A DNA stretch of 64,000 nt from Pristiophorus japonicus. Its lineage: Eukaryota. The stretch covers positions 129,518,001-129,582,000 of the forward strand of contig NC_091980.1 of assembly GCF_044704955.1 (NCBI RefSeq), read 5' to 3'. Under the pieces are notes generated by a model. The model did no database searches and was not told the DNA's origin. It saw nothing but the letters and a program-made list of their open reading frames with translations. The position numbers and the translations under genes were made by a program. Each line of letters opens with the position of its first letter. Position 1 is the first letter of the stretch. Below are positions 41,670 to 56,073 of this stretch, piece after piece.

Positions 41670-44600
41670 GAACTAATCCCTGTAATTGGCAGTGCTGAAG
41701 TCAAAGTCTCCTATGATGGAGCAGTACATGAACTCCCACTGTGGATTGTGCCAGGGGATGGCCCCACGTTGTTTGGCAGAAGATGGCTGGGGAAAATCCG
41801 CTGAAACTGGGATGACGTCCGAGCGCTTTTGTCCGTCGACGAAGCCTCATGCACCCAGGTTCCAAGCAAGTTCCTATTGTTATTCGAGCTAAGCATTGGA
41901 TGCTTCTCGGGGGGCGAAAGTGCAGATCCATTTGTTTCCTGGAACATGACACATCCACCGCAAGGCTCGGGTGGTACCGTACACGACGCGTGAAAAAGTG
42001 GAAATTGAGCTGGACAGGCTGCAACGCAAAGGCATCATTGCGCCGGTGGTATTCAACGACTGGGCCAGTCCGATTGTCCCGGAACTCAAGGAGGACAGTA
42101 CGGTTGGAATTTGCGGGGACTATAACCTAACGATTAACCGTTTTTCGCTGCAATACCAGAACCCGTTACCCAAGGCAGACCATCTATTTGCGACCCTGGC
42201 TAGAGGGATGACGTTCACCAAGCTGGACCTGACCTCGATCTACATGACGCAGGAGCTGGAGGAGTCTTCGAAAGGTCTCACCTGCATAACACGCACAAAG
42301 GTCTATTTATCTACAACCTGTGCCTGTTCGGGATTCGGTCGGCCGCAGCGATCTTCCAGTGGAACATGGAAAGCCTGCAAAAGTCGGTTCCTTGCACAGT
42401 GGTCTTCCAGGACGAATTATTGGTTACAGGTCGGGACACCATAGAGCACTTGAAGAATCTGGAGGAGATTCTTAGTTGGTTGGATCGCCTGGGGCTCAGA
42501 TTGAAACGCTCAAAGTGCGTTTTCTTGGCACAGAACGTCAAATTCTTAGGAAGGAGAATCGCTGCATATGGCATCAGACCCACCGACGCCAAGACGGAGG
42601 ACATCAAGAATACGCAACGACCACAGAACATGATGGAGCTGCGGTCATTCCTGGGACTCCTTAACTACTTCTGTAATTTCCTACCTGGGTTAAGCACCCT
42701 GCTAGAACCCCTACATGCGCTACTGCACAAGGGAGATGACTATGTATGGAGGAATTCACAAGAGGCTGCCTTTAAGAAAGCCAGAAACTTATTATGTTCT
42801 AACAAACTGCTTGTCCTGTATAACCCATGTCAATGATTAGTGTTAGATTGCAATGCGTCGTCATATGGGGTATGGTATGTGTTACAACAGGCTAATGAAT
42901 CGGGGATCTTGCAACCAGTTGCGCATGCATCCAGGAAATTATCCAAGGCCGAAAGGGCCTACAACATGGTTGAAAAAGTGTCTCTGGCATGAATGTACAG
43001 TGTAAAAAAATGCACCAGTACTTGTTTGGCCTGAAGTTCGAGCTTGAAACTGAACACAAGCCGGTCATATTGCTATACTCGGAGAGCAAAAGGATTAATA
43101 CCAATGCCTCTGCCCGCATCCAAAGATGGGCGCTCACACTGTCGGCATATAACAATGTAATCTGCTACAAACCGGGCACAGAGAACTGTGCAGAAGCTCT
43201 CAGTCTGCTACTATTGCCCACCACCGGGGTGGAAATGGCACTACCAGCGGACTTGCTCATGGTCACGGAGGCATTTGAGAACGAGAAGTCCTCCATTACG
43301 GCCCACCAGATCTGGGCCAGCCAGGATCCAGTACTGTCCTTGGTAAAAAAACTGTGTTCTCCATGAGAGCTGGTCCAGTGTCCCAGTGGCGATGCAGGAA
43401 GTGATTCAGCCATTCCACAGGCACAAAGACAAGTCGTCCCTGCAGGCGCACTGTCTTTTGTGGGGTAATCGCGTGGTCTTGCCCAAGAAAGTCAGAGACA
43501 CATTTATTTGCAAACTGCACAACACCCACCCAGGCATCGTAATGATGAAAGCCATAGCCAGATCTCACGTGTGGTGGCCTGGCATCGACTCAGATTTAGA
43601 GTCATGCATGCACCAGTGCAGCACTTACTCTCAGCTGAGCAAAGCACCCAGAGGGGCACCGCTAAGTTTGTGGTCATGGCCATCCAAACTGTGGTCGAGG
43701 ATCCATGTAGATTCTTGGAATAAATGTTTTTGGTTGTCGTGGACGCTTCCTTAAAATGGATTGAATGTGCAATAATGACTGTAAGCACATCCACGGCCAC
43801 CATTGAAAGCCTACGAGCCATGTTTGCCACGCACGACTTGCCTGATGTCCTAGTCAGTGACAATAGGCCGTGCTTCATCGGTGCTGAATTCAAGGAATTC
43901 ATGACCCGCAACGGGATCAAACATGTCACATCTGCCCCGTTCAAGCCCGCATTCAACGGCCAAGCAGAACGGACAGTTCAGACCGTCAAGCAAAACTTGC
44001 AACGTGTGTCGAAAGGCTCCCTGCAGACCTAGTTGTCCCAAGTACTGCTTAGCTACCGCACCAGACCCCACTCACTCACCGGGATTCCCCCAGTTGAGCT
44101 GCTCATGAAAAGGGTGCTTAAAACAAGGCTCTCTCTTGTCCACCCTGATCGCCATGATCACGTGGAGGGCAAGCGACATTAACAAAGTGTGTACCATATC
44201 CGCACAAATTTGTCATGCGTTATTGAGATCAATGATCCTGTGTTTATGCTCAATTATGGACATGGTCCCAAATGGCTCACCTTGGTCACAGCCTAAGAGG
44301 GGAGCAGGGTGTTTCAGGTCAAACTGACCAATGGACAAATGCACAGAAAACATTTGGACCAAATCAAATTGCGGTTCACCAACAGCTACAAACAACCCGA
44401 AGAGGACCCAACCAAATTTGACCTTCCAACACACACACACAAGTGGCAACTGACATCATAGTTGACCACAAAACAGAACTCATCATCCCCAGAAGCCCGG
44501 CAAAGTCAGCTGCCCAAAAGCCCAGTGAAGAAAGGACCAACCCACCTTCACCAGCATTTGTACTGAGACGATAGACAAGGGAGCACAAAGCCCCAGATTG

Positions 44601-46417
44601 TCTCACCTTGTAAATACGTGTACTGTTGACTTCACGGGGGAGTGATGTTATGTATTTAACCCCTTGTAACCTGCATCACACCTGACCACATGAGGGCATC
44701 CCTTGGGAGCACAGTATATAAGCAGGTCACCCACGATGTAATTGTAATAATGGAACTAAGATCACACTTGCTCATTACACACAATACTCAGTCTAACCAT
44801 TTATTATGAGTGTAACAAGCAGCTTCTCCATAAATGTATCTATTTGTATTCAGTCCCATTGTGCATTTCATACCAAATCGCAATCAACCTCTCCAAATCC
44901 TACTGGATCTCCATGTGTCTCCTTCACCCTGAGAATGGATTCAAATTTTGACACTGCAACTGTATTTATCCAATGTTTATAAGTTAATTCGTTGAGAACT
45001 ACAGTGAGTGCAATGAAATTGCCATCTTCAGTCATTCCTCATTAATGTCTTTGCATCTCTCAAAGTTTCCAGTCACCTTATTCGATCTTTGCTATTGTAT
45101 GAAAATTCATCAATAGCAAAGGAAACTTCTCACCACCTTGGGCTTTCTGTGCCTATCGCCATCCCGATTCATCACAGGGAGTGACACTGAATTCAAAGAG
45201 ATCTTGTGGAAAGGATCAAAGGGTCCCCCAGACTCAATGATCACAGGCCTGAATCGAAGTCTCTGGTGCCCACCAGGATGGCCATTGAGTGTGACCATGT
45301 GATGTCCATCAGTTTGGTCTAAGCCCTTTGTGACCGCAGGACAGTCACTGCATCTTGGATCCTTCGACCAATACAGGTGTAAATATACAGACAAATGTTC
45401 GGGTCAGGTGGCTCAACTGTGCTCATTGGTGGTATCTCCCTCAAAAGGGCAGTGCCTGTGGATGTGATTGGTGGCTCTGGACCTGAATCACTGCCATCCG
45501 CTCTGCCCATCTGAAGCAGAGTTTTAATCCAAGCGAACACCTCTCAACAGCTAATCCAGGACTGAACCACTTCTGCACTGAAACCAGACGTCATAGCTTT
45601 GGATCTCAGAGAAACACCAACATGAAAGGGAAAGGACTAGAGAGGAGAGATGAGAAATTTTTTTACGCAACGAGTTGTTTTGATCTGGAACACGCTGCCT
45701 GAAAGTACGGTAGAAGCAGATTTAAGTGCATCTTTGAAAAGGTGAATTGGATATATAGGTGAAAAGAAAAAAATCTCAGGATTATGGGGAAGGAGCTGAG
45801 GAGTGGGACTAATTGGATCACTCTTTCAAAGAGCCTGCACAGGCACAATGGACTGAATGGCCTCCTTCTGTGCTGTATGAATCTATGATGAGGCACAGTT
45901 ACAGAACAACTGAAGAGGGTGTAAAAAGGATTTACAAGGATGATACCTGAAAAGTGAGGGTATACTTATCAGGAAAGGATGAACAGGCTGGGTCTCTTTT
46001 CTCTTGAAAAGAGAAGGCTGAGGGGTGAGCAAATAGAGGTCTATATAATTATGAAATGTTTGATAGAGTAGATACAAAGAGAATGTTTCCACGTGTGGGG
46101 AAGAGCAAAACTAAAGGCCATCAATATAAGACAATTTGTTTCCAATTTGGCCAAGCTGGTCAATGCCAGTTTTTATGCTCCACACAAGCCTTCTCTCTTC
46201 TTGCTTCATCTAACCCGATCAACATATTGTTCTATTCCTTTCTCTCCCATGCACTTGCCTAGTATCCCCTTAAATATGCTATTTGCTTCATTAATATGAC
46301 TCCAATAGTTGTGATGGCCTCATGGCAATTTTATATTCTAACACATTGGATCATGGTAATGTTGACATTTGATTGTAGGTTTGTTTAATCCAATATATGT
46401 GAAATGTTGCTTTCTAG

Positions 46418-47039
<622 letters not shown>

Positions 47040-50000
47040 ACTGACTGGATGAAGCTTATTGTGCTTAGTACTTGTATTTCTATAATTTAGACCCAGTCCT
47101 GTCGGGAATGATGGCTTGTGATTTTGTACAAAGAGCTGAGACCCGTCAGTGTAAATAAACTGTTCAACATTGGACTGAGTTTTGTCTCCTTGTAAATTTG
47201 AGTGGTTGCTTATTTTTCATTTCACATAACTTGGTTTACATCAAACAAGAATTAAACTGAGCTGTGCAACAGTGTGATGGCATTCAGTTCTATGAAATTT
47301 GTTTATCCTCGAGTGTAATGTCGATTGTCGTAACTGGGATATATACCTGTTATAAGATGTAAGACGTTGAAGGTTGCGTTTAGACAATTGACAGCCCCAT
47401 GGGATATTGGCCCAGTGACCAAAAACCTGATCAAAGGTATGTATTAAGGAGGTACAGAGATGATTAGGGAGGGATCTCCAGAGCTTGGACCTTAGACTTC
47501 TGTGTAACATTAGCTGTTCCCAATATCTGACCTTACATAAATAACAATTAAATCCAACAAAATGCAAGTAGCTGTAAAATGTGTTAAACACCAGGAATGT
47601 TTTCCATTAAACCATTTTGCACCATTTCAGTCCAGAGAAGAATAAATCCTGGATTAGCTTCGTATTTAGTGTACCTGCCCTGTGAAGAGCAGTTTGTATT
47701 CAGTAGCTGCTACAGATCCTCTTCACTTATCCAGGCAGTTCAGTAATGGAACTCACAACTGCTGTTATAGGCTTTCTGTTCAGTTTTGTAGGCAGACAAG
47801 CAATGTCTCAGCACAATGTGCTCTGGGCACTACAATTGGGTGAGGAGGGAAAACAACAGGTGGCATCAGCTTGCTGTCACATCTTCATTGGTTAGTGTGG
47901 ATACCCTTGTGTGGTGTGGTTCTGGGACAGCTTCTCTTCCGCCCGCTCCCATCATTGTTGAATAACATACTAACACAACCTCGATTCACATGAATAAGGA
48001 ATTGGGTAAGGTATTGAAGGACTAACTGTACGCCAACAAAATATAATCCTCTGGAAGGAGTAAATGTATTTCATTAATTCTACAAAGCAAAAAGCCCAAG
48101 AAGTTAAACCCATTTTTCCCCTGCCCTGGCCCCAATGCCTACACACTCAATTTATAAGCCCACTATCAATTTGTATTTAGGCCCTCTGTTTGTTATATAA
48201 CCATCACCCTGGATTGGATCTCCATTTCTCTCCTTCATGGCTATGGATGGATTCAAATGTTAATGCTGCAGTTCCAATAATCCAGTGTTTACAAGTTATT
48301 TTTAGCAATTTAGTGAGAACTGTATTGCATGCAATTAAATTGCCATGTACACACATTCCAGGTTAATGTCTTAGCAACTCTCAAAAGCATCTTTGGGGTA
48401 TCGGTGTTTTAAAACTTCATATATTGATGAGCCACAGTTCCACGCGTCAGCCTGGGTCTGCGTGCTGATGGATTTGATGGCTTCATGTATTCAACAAAAT
48501 CTCCAGCTCACTCGATGTGAAATTTTACAGGTGCTCATGTTTTAACAGTTACTTACAATTTACAGCACAGAAAAAGACCATTCGGGCCAACTGGCCCAGG
48601 CTGTGGGTTATGCTCCATGTGAGCCTTCTCCCACCCCACTTCATGTAGATCTATTAGCATATCCTTCTATTCCTTTCTCTCTCGTGTTTATCTAGCTTCC
48701 CCTTAAAAGCATCTATACTCTTTGCATTTAGAGTTATTACTGCAGGTATCTCAATAAACGCACCACTGCTGCTGTGGATTTTCTGTTAAGCTGTGTGGGC
48801 AAAGAAGTGAGTAACAGCTATAGAGACACGCAATGTCTGAGCTCAAGGCCAGCATATATTGCCCATCCCTAATTGCCCTTGAGAAGGTACTCGTCAGCCA
48901 TTTTCTTGAACCGCTGCAGTCTTGTGGTGAAGATACTCCCACAGTGCTGTTCGGGAGGGAGTTTCAGGATTTTCCTCCAGTGACGAAGAAGGAACGGCGA
49001 TATATTTCCAAATCAGGTTGGTGTGTAAGTTGGAGGTGAACTTGCAGGTGATAGTGTTCCCAAACCTCTGCTGCCCTTGTCCTTCTAGGTGTTAGAGCTA
49101 ATGAGTTGGCAAGTGCTGCTGAAGAAGCCTTGGCGAGTTGCTGCAGTGCATCTTGTAGATGGTACACACTGCAGCCATGGTGTGCCGGTGGTGGAGGCAG
49201 TGAATGGTGAAGGTGGTGGTTGGGATGCCAATCAAGAGAGCTGCTTTGTCCTGGATGGTCTCAAGCTTCTTCAGTATTGTTGAAGCTGCACTCACTCCTG
49301 AGGGTATTCCACCACACTCCTGACTTGTGCCTTGTAGATGGTGGAAAGGCTTTAGGTTGTCAGGAGGTGAGACACTCACCGCAAAATACCCAGCCTCTGA
49401 CCCACTCTTGTTACCAAAGTGTTTTTGCGGCTGGTCTAGTTAAGTTTCCGGTCAACGGTGACCCCAGGTTTCGATGCTGGGGAATTCAGTGACAGTGAAT
49501 TCTAAGGTTAGGTGGTTAGACTCTTGCTTGTTGCAGATAGTCATTGCCTGGCATTTGTGTGGCACCATTGTTACTTGTCCCTTATCAGCCCAAGCTTGAA
49601 TGTTGTCCAGGTCTTGCTGCATTTGGGCGTGGACTGCTTCATTTCTCAGGTGTTGCAAATTGAACTGACCACTGTGCAATCATCAACAAACATCTCCACT
49701 TCTGGCCTTTATGATGGAGGGATGATCATTGATGAAGCAGTATAAGATAGTTGGCATAGGACACTGCCCTGAGGAACTCCTGCAGCTATGTCCTGGGGTG
49801 AGATGATTGACCTCCAGCAATCACAACCAACTTCCTTTGTGCTAGATATGACTCCAGCTAGTGGAGAGTTTTCTATATTTGCATTGACTTCAGTTTTACT
49901 AGGGCTCCTGATGCCGCACTCAGTCAGATGCTGCCTTGATGTCAAAGGCAGTCACTCTCACTTCACCTGGAATTCAGCTCCTTTGTACATGTTTGGACCA

Positions 50001-52003
50001 AGGCTGTAATGAGGTCAGGAGCCGAGTGGTCCTGGCGCAACCCAAACTGGGCACCGGTGAACAGATTATTGATGAGTACCACTGTCGACAACATCTTCCA
50101 TCACTTTGCTGATAATTTGCGCACAGGAAGCTCCCACAAACAGCAATGTGATAATGACTGCGAAGTCAGGTCGCTCATTGCAGTGCGGGCAGGCACAGCA
50201 GGAGGGGCGAAGAAGTGTCAAGAGTTTGTAGAAGGAAGTGACCGGGGCCCAGGAGAGGCGTGAGTCTGGGGCCCAGAGGAGACGAGGGCCCAGGGGCAGC
50301 ACGAGCAAGCCCACACTGCTGTATGTGTGCGCGCTCAGTCTGTGCAGCAGAGCTAGTCTCCAGTCATCTTGGGTAATCCTTGTCACTGGACCAAGTCCTA
50401 GCTCTGTCAAGCCCGTGTGGTGACTGGTGTGCAACAGGCACCACACGTTTAAAAAATCCAAGCACGGGCATTTTTAACCCTCCAAGATGTAGTTCAGGAT
50501 CTGGAATATTAGGTCCTTCATTGAAACACCTGTGAACTCATTCCTTTTTGGAAGCAAGTCATCCTTGTTTTGAAGGACTGCCTATGATGATGAGGAATTG
50601 ACTGATGGAGCGGTAATTGGCTTGAATGGATTTGTCCTGCTTTTTGTGGACAGGACGTACCTGGGAAGTTTTTCACATTGTTGGGTGGATGCCAGTGTCT
50701 CTGTACTGGAACAGCTTGGCTCGAGGCGCGGCTAGTTCTGGACCATGAACCGGACAGGATGATGTTGGGGCCTATAGCCTTTACAGTATTCAGTGCACTC
50801 AGCTGTTTCTTGATATCTTGTGAAGTGAACTGAATTGGATGAAGACTGGGTTCTGTGGTGGTGGGCACTTCAGGAGAAGGCTGAAAAAAATCATCCATGA
50901 GACACTTCTGGCTGAAAGTTGTTGCAAATACATCAGCCTTGTCTTTTGCACTCGCATGCTGGGCTCCGCCATCATTGAGGATGGGGTTATTCATGGAGCC
51001 TCCTCCTTCCATTTGTTGGTTAATCGTCCACCACCATTCATGACTGGTTGTGGTCGGACTGCAGAGCTTTGGTCTGATCCATTGATTGTGAGATCGCTTC
51101 GCTCTGTCTGTAGCATGTTACTTTCACTGTTTAGTATGTATGTAGTCCTGAGTTGCAGCTTCTCCAGGTTGACATCTCATTTTTAGGTGCGCCTGGTGTT
51201 GCTCCTGGTATCCTTGTCTGCACTCCTCATTGAACCAGGATTGGTCACTTGGTTTGATTGTAAAGCTAGTGCGAGGGATATGCTGGGCCATGAATTTCCA
51301 GATTGTGGTGGAATACAATTCTGCAGCTGCTGATGGCCCACACTGCCTCATGGATGCCAAGTTTTGAGCTGCTAGATCTGTTTTGATTCTATTCCATTTA
51401 ACACTGAGGTTCAGCCACTCACCACCAAGGAGAGTTTCCTCAGTGTGAAGACAGGACTTCGTCTCCAAGGACTGTGTGGTGGTCACTGCTACCAAAGCTG
51501 TCATGGACAGATGAATCTGTGAAAGGTACATTGGTGAGGACGAGGTCAAGTAGGTTTTACCCTTGTGTTCGTTCTCTCATCATCTGTCGCAAGCTCAATC
51601 TGGCAGCTATATCCTTCAGGACTCAGCCCGCTTGGTCAGTGCTGCCGTGCCACTCTTGGTGATGGACATTGAAGTCCATTGCTAGTATCAGTGCTTCTTC
51701 CAAGGGGCCTTCAACATGGAGGAGTACTGATTCAAGCTGAGAGAGGGTGGTCGAAGGTAATCAGCAGGAGCTTTCCATGCCCATGCTTGACCTGAACCCA
51801 TGGCACTTGATCGGGTCCAGAGTAAATGTTGAGGACTACTACCGCTATTCCCTCCCGACTGTAAACCACTGAGCCGCCATCTCTGGTTGGTCTGCCCTTC
51901 CGGTGCGACAGGACATACGAAGGGATGGTGATGGAGGAATCTGGGACATTTGCTGAAAGGTATGATTCTGTGATTATGACTATGTCAGGCTGTTGCTTGA
52001 CTA

Positions 52004-52649
52004 TCATCATCATAGGCAGACCCTTGGAATCGAGGAAGACATGCTTGCACTCCTGAAGTGATTTCTTTGGTGGCTGAACAGTCTAACACGAGAGCCACAG
52101 ATAGTCGCTGAGGAAAGGAATGGATGGGATTGGTTTGCCATACGCTCTTTCCGCTGCCTGTGTTTGATTTCTGCATACTCTCGAAGTGCCCAGCGCTCTC
52201 TCGGATGCACTTCCTCCACTTAGGGTGGTCTTGGTCCAGGGACTCCAAGGTGTCACTGAGGATGTCGCACTTTATCAGGGAGGCTTTGAGGGTGTCCTTG
52301 TAGTGTTTCCGCTGCCCACCTTTGGCTCATTTGCTTGACAGAGCTCCGAGTAGAGCACTTGCTTTGGAAGTCTCATATCTGGCATGCGAACTATGTGGCC
52401 TGCCCATGCGGAGCTGATCGAATGTGATCTGTGCTTCAATGCTGGGGATGTTAGCCTGGACGAGGACGCTGATGTTGGTGCGCCTGTCCTCCATGGGGAT
52501 TTGTAGGATTTGTAGACATTGTTGGTGATATTACTCCAGCAACTTGAGGTGTCTGCTGTACATGGTCCATGTCTCTGAGCTATACAGGAGGACAGGTATT
52601 ACTACAGCCCTGTAGACCATGAGCTTGATGGCAGTTTTGAGGGCCTGGT
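52004..52649 (-). mobile_element. 5'-truncated RTE LINE (paralog of 7772-8432)
   Basis: Perfect 8-bp TSD cttgacta (51996-52003 and 52650-52657); (ATG)n tail. Confidence 0.85.
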
Positions 52650-53007
52650 CTTGACTAGCCCGTGGGACAACTCTCCGCATTTTGGCACAAGATTCCAGAT
52701 GTTAGTGAGGAAGACTTTGCAGGGTCCACTGGGCTGGCTGGGTGTACCATTGTCATCTCAGAAGCCGGTGCCATGGTCGATGCCGGGTAGTCCGTCCTGA
52801 TTTATTCTTATTAATGTTTCTCGTAGCAGTTTGTTACAACTGAGTGGCTTGCTAGGCCATTTAAGAGGGCAGTTAAGAGGGGTCAACCACATTGCTGTGG
52901 ATTTGGAGTCACATATAGGCCAGACCAGGTAAGGACAGAGATTTCCTTCTCTAAGGATATTGGTGAAGCAGATGGGTTTTTACCATCCGATAGCTCCCTG
53001 GGCAACA

Positions 53008-56000
53008 TGGCAGGGGGATGGGAACAAATGCAGGGAGACAGAGGGAAACAAAAAGGAGGCAAAAGCAAAAGACAGAAAGGAGATGAGGAAAAGTGGAGGG
53101 CAGAGAAACCCAAGGCAAAGAACAAAAAGGGCCACTGTACAGCAAAATTCTAAAAGGACAAAGGGTGTTAAAAAAACAAGCCTGAAGGCTTTGTGTCTTA
53201 ATGCAAGGAGTATCCGCAATAAGTTGGATGAATTAATTGTGCAAATAGATGTAAACAAATATGATGTGATTGGGATTACGGAGACGTGGCTCCAGGATGA
53301 TCAGGGCTGGGAACTCAACATTCAGGGGTATTCAACATTCAGGAAGGATAGAATAAAAGGAAAAGGAGGTGGGGTGGCATTGCTGGTTAAAGAGAAGATT
53401 AATGCAATAGTTAGGAAAGACATTAGCTTGGATGATGTGGAATCTATATGGGTAGAGCTGCAGAACACCAAAGGGCAAAAAACGTTAGTAGGAGTTGTGT
53501 ACAGACCTCCAAACAGTAATAGGGATGTTGGGGAGGGCATCAAACAGGAAATTAGGGGTGCTTGCAATAAAGGTGTAGCAGTTATAATGGGTGACTTTAA
53601 TATGCACATAGATTGGGCTAGCCAAACTGGAACCAATACGGTGGAGGAGGATTTCCTGGAGTGCATAAGGGATGGTTTTCTAGACCAATATGTTGAGGAA
53701 CCAACTAGGGGGGAAGCCATCTTAGACTGGATGTTGTGTAATGAGAGAGGATTAATTAGCAATCTCATTGTGCGAGGCCCCTTGGGGAAGAGTGACCATA
53801 ATATGGTGGAATTCTGCATTAGGATGGAGAATGAAACAGTTAATTCAGAGACCATGGTCCAGAACTTAAAGAAGGGTAACTTTGAAGGTATGAGGCGTGA
53901 ATTGGCTAGGATAGATTGGCGAATGATACTTAGGGGGTTGACTGTGGATGGGCAATGGCAGACATTTATAGACCGCATGGATGAATTACAACAATTGTAC
54001 ATTCCTGTCTGGCGTAAAAATAAAAAAGGGAAGGTGGCTCAACCGTGGCTATCTAGGGAAATCAGTGATAGTATTAAAGCCAAGGAAGTGGCATACAAAT
54101 TGGCCAGAAATAGCAGCGAACCTGGGGACTGGGAGAAATTTAGAACTCAGCAGAGGAGGACAAAGGGTTTGATTTGGACAGGGAAAATGGAGTACGAGAA
54201 GAAGCTTGCAGGGAACATTAAGGCGGATTGCAAAAGTTTCTATAGGTATGTAAAGAGAAAAAGGTTAGTAAAGACAAACGTAGGTCCCCTGCAGTCAGAA
54301 TCAGGGGAAGTCATAATGGGGAACAAAGAAATGGCAGACCAATTGAACAAGTACTTTGGTTCGGTATTCACTGAGGAGGATACAAACAACCTTCCGGATA
54401 TAAAAGGGGTCAGAGGGTCTAGTAAGGAGGGGGAACTGAGGGAAATCTTTATTAGTTGGGAAATTGTGTTGGGGAAATTGATGGGATTGAAGGCCGATAA
54501 ATCCCCAGGGCCTGATGGACTGCATCCCAGAGTACTTAAGGAGGTGGCCTTGGAAATAGCAGATGCATTGACAGTCATTTTCCAACATTCCATTGACTCT
54601 GGATCAGTTCCTATGGGGTGGAGGGTAGCCAATGTAACCCCACTTTTTAAAAAAGGAGGGAGAGAGAAAACAGGGAATTATAGACCGGTCAGCCTGACCT
54701 CAGTAGTGGGTAAAATGATGGAATCAATTATTAAGGATGTCATAGAAGTGCATCTGGAAAATGGTGACATGATAGGTCCAAGTCAGCATGGATTTGTGAA
54801 AGGGAAATCATGCTTGACAAATCTTCTGGAATTTTTTGAGGATGTTTCCAGTAAAGTGGACAAAGGAGAACCAGTTGATGTGGTATATTTGGACTTTCAG
54901 AAGGCTTTCGACAAGGTCCCACACAAGAGATTAATGTGCAAAGTTAAAGCACATGGGATTGGGGATAGTGTGCTGACGTGGATTGAGAACTGGTTGTCAG
55001 ACAGGAAGCAAAGAGTAGGAGTAAACGGGTACTTTTCAGAATGGCAGGCAGTGACTAGTGGGGTGCCGCAAGGTTCTGTGCTGTTCTGTACATTAATGAT
55101 TTAGACGAGGGGATTAAATGCAGTATCTCCAAATTTGCGGATGACACTAAGTTGGGTGGCAGTGTGAGCTGCAAGGAGGATGCTATTAGGCTGCAGAGTG
55201 ACTTGGATAGGTTAGGTGAGTGGGCAAATGCATGGCAGATGAAGTATAATGTGGATAAATGTGAGGTTATCCACTTTGGTGGTAAAAACAGAGGGACAGA
55301 CTATTATCTGAATGGTGACAGATTAGGAAAAGGGAAGGTGCAACGAGACCTGGGTGCAATGGTACATCAGTCATTGAAGGTTAGCATGCAGGTACAGCAG
55401 GCGGTTAAGAAAGCAAATGGCACGTTGGCCTTCATAGCGAGGGGATTTGAATACAGGGGCAGGGAGGTGTTGCTACAGTTGTACAGGGCCTTGGTGAGGC
55501 CACACCTGGAGTATTGTGTACAGTTTTGGTCTCCTAACTTGAGGAAGGACATTCTTGCTATTGAGGGAGTGCAGCGAAGATTCACCAGACTGATTCCCGG
55601 GATGGTGGGACTGACCTATTAAGAAAGACTGGATCAACTGGGCTTGTATTCACTGGAGTTCAGAAGAATGAGAGGGGACCTCATGGAAACGTTTAAAATT
55701 CTGACGGGTTTAGACAGGTTAGATGCAGGAAAAATGTTCCCAATGTTGGGGAAGTCCAGAACCAGGGGTCACAGTCTGAGGATAAGGGGTAAGCCATTTA
55801 GGACCGAGATGTGGAGAAACCTCTTCACCCAGAGAGTGGTGAACCTGTGGAATTCTCTACCACAGAAAGTAGTTGAGGCCAATTCACTAAATATATTCAA
55901 AAGGGAGTTAGATGAAGTCCTTACTACTCGGGGGATCAAGGGTTATGGCGAGAAAGCAGGAAGGGGGTACTGAAGTTTCATGTTCAGCCATGAACTCATT

Positions 56001-56073
56001 GAATGGCGGTGCAGGCTAGAAGGGCTGAATGGCCTACTCCTGCACCTATTTTCTATGTTTCTATGTTTCTATG
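53008..56073 (+). mobile_element. Young CR1 LINE with nearly complete ORF2 (APE endonuclease and reverse transcriptase)
   Basis: ORF 52960..55104 (CLNARSIRNK, GITETWL, GDFN, SDH, QHGF, LDFQKAFD, GVPQGSV); FADD at ~55134 after a frameshift; stop at ~55620; tail (tttctatg)3; absent at the paralogous site ~8787. Confidence 0.95.

Larger units (their letters stand above)
35590..44817 (+). mobile_element. Degenerate full-length Gypsy (Mag-like) LTR retrotransposon; LTRs 35590-35804 and 44646-44817; interrupted by a nested element
   Basis: gag (DWEVFVERLKQYFVANEL), protease RLDTGTSQS, RT (GICGDYN, FQDE), RNase H (KFELETEHKP), integrase; many stops; PBS-like tgggcgatgag and PPT gggggagtga. Confidence 0.92.

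Noticed and set aside
35583-44822. Target-site duplication for the outer Gypsy element
   Set aside because: Flanks atgag and agcag do not match convincingly, although they are collinear with the empty spacer near 25195-25270
53322-54632. Long antisense ORFs (226 and 130 aa) and similar ones opposite Gypsy and ferritin exons
   Set aside because: Shadow ORFs on the opposite strand of coding sequence, with no recognisable domain
52960-55104. 714-aa host protein-coding gene
   Set aside because: It is CR1 ORF2; the N-terminal codons come from flanking DNA and the RT is frameshifted before the FADD motif
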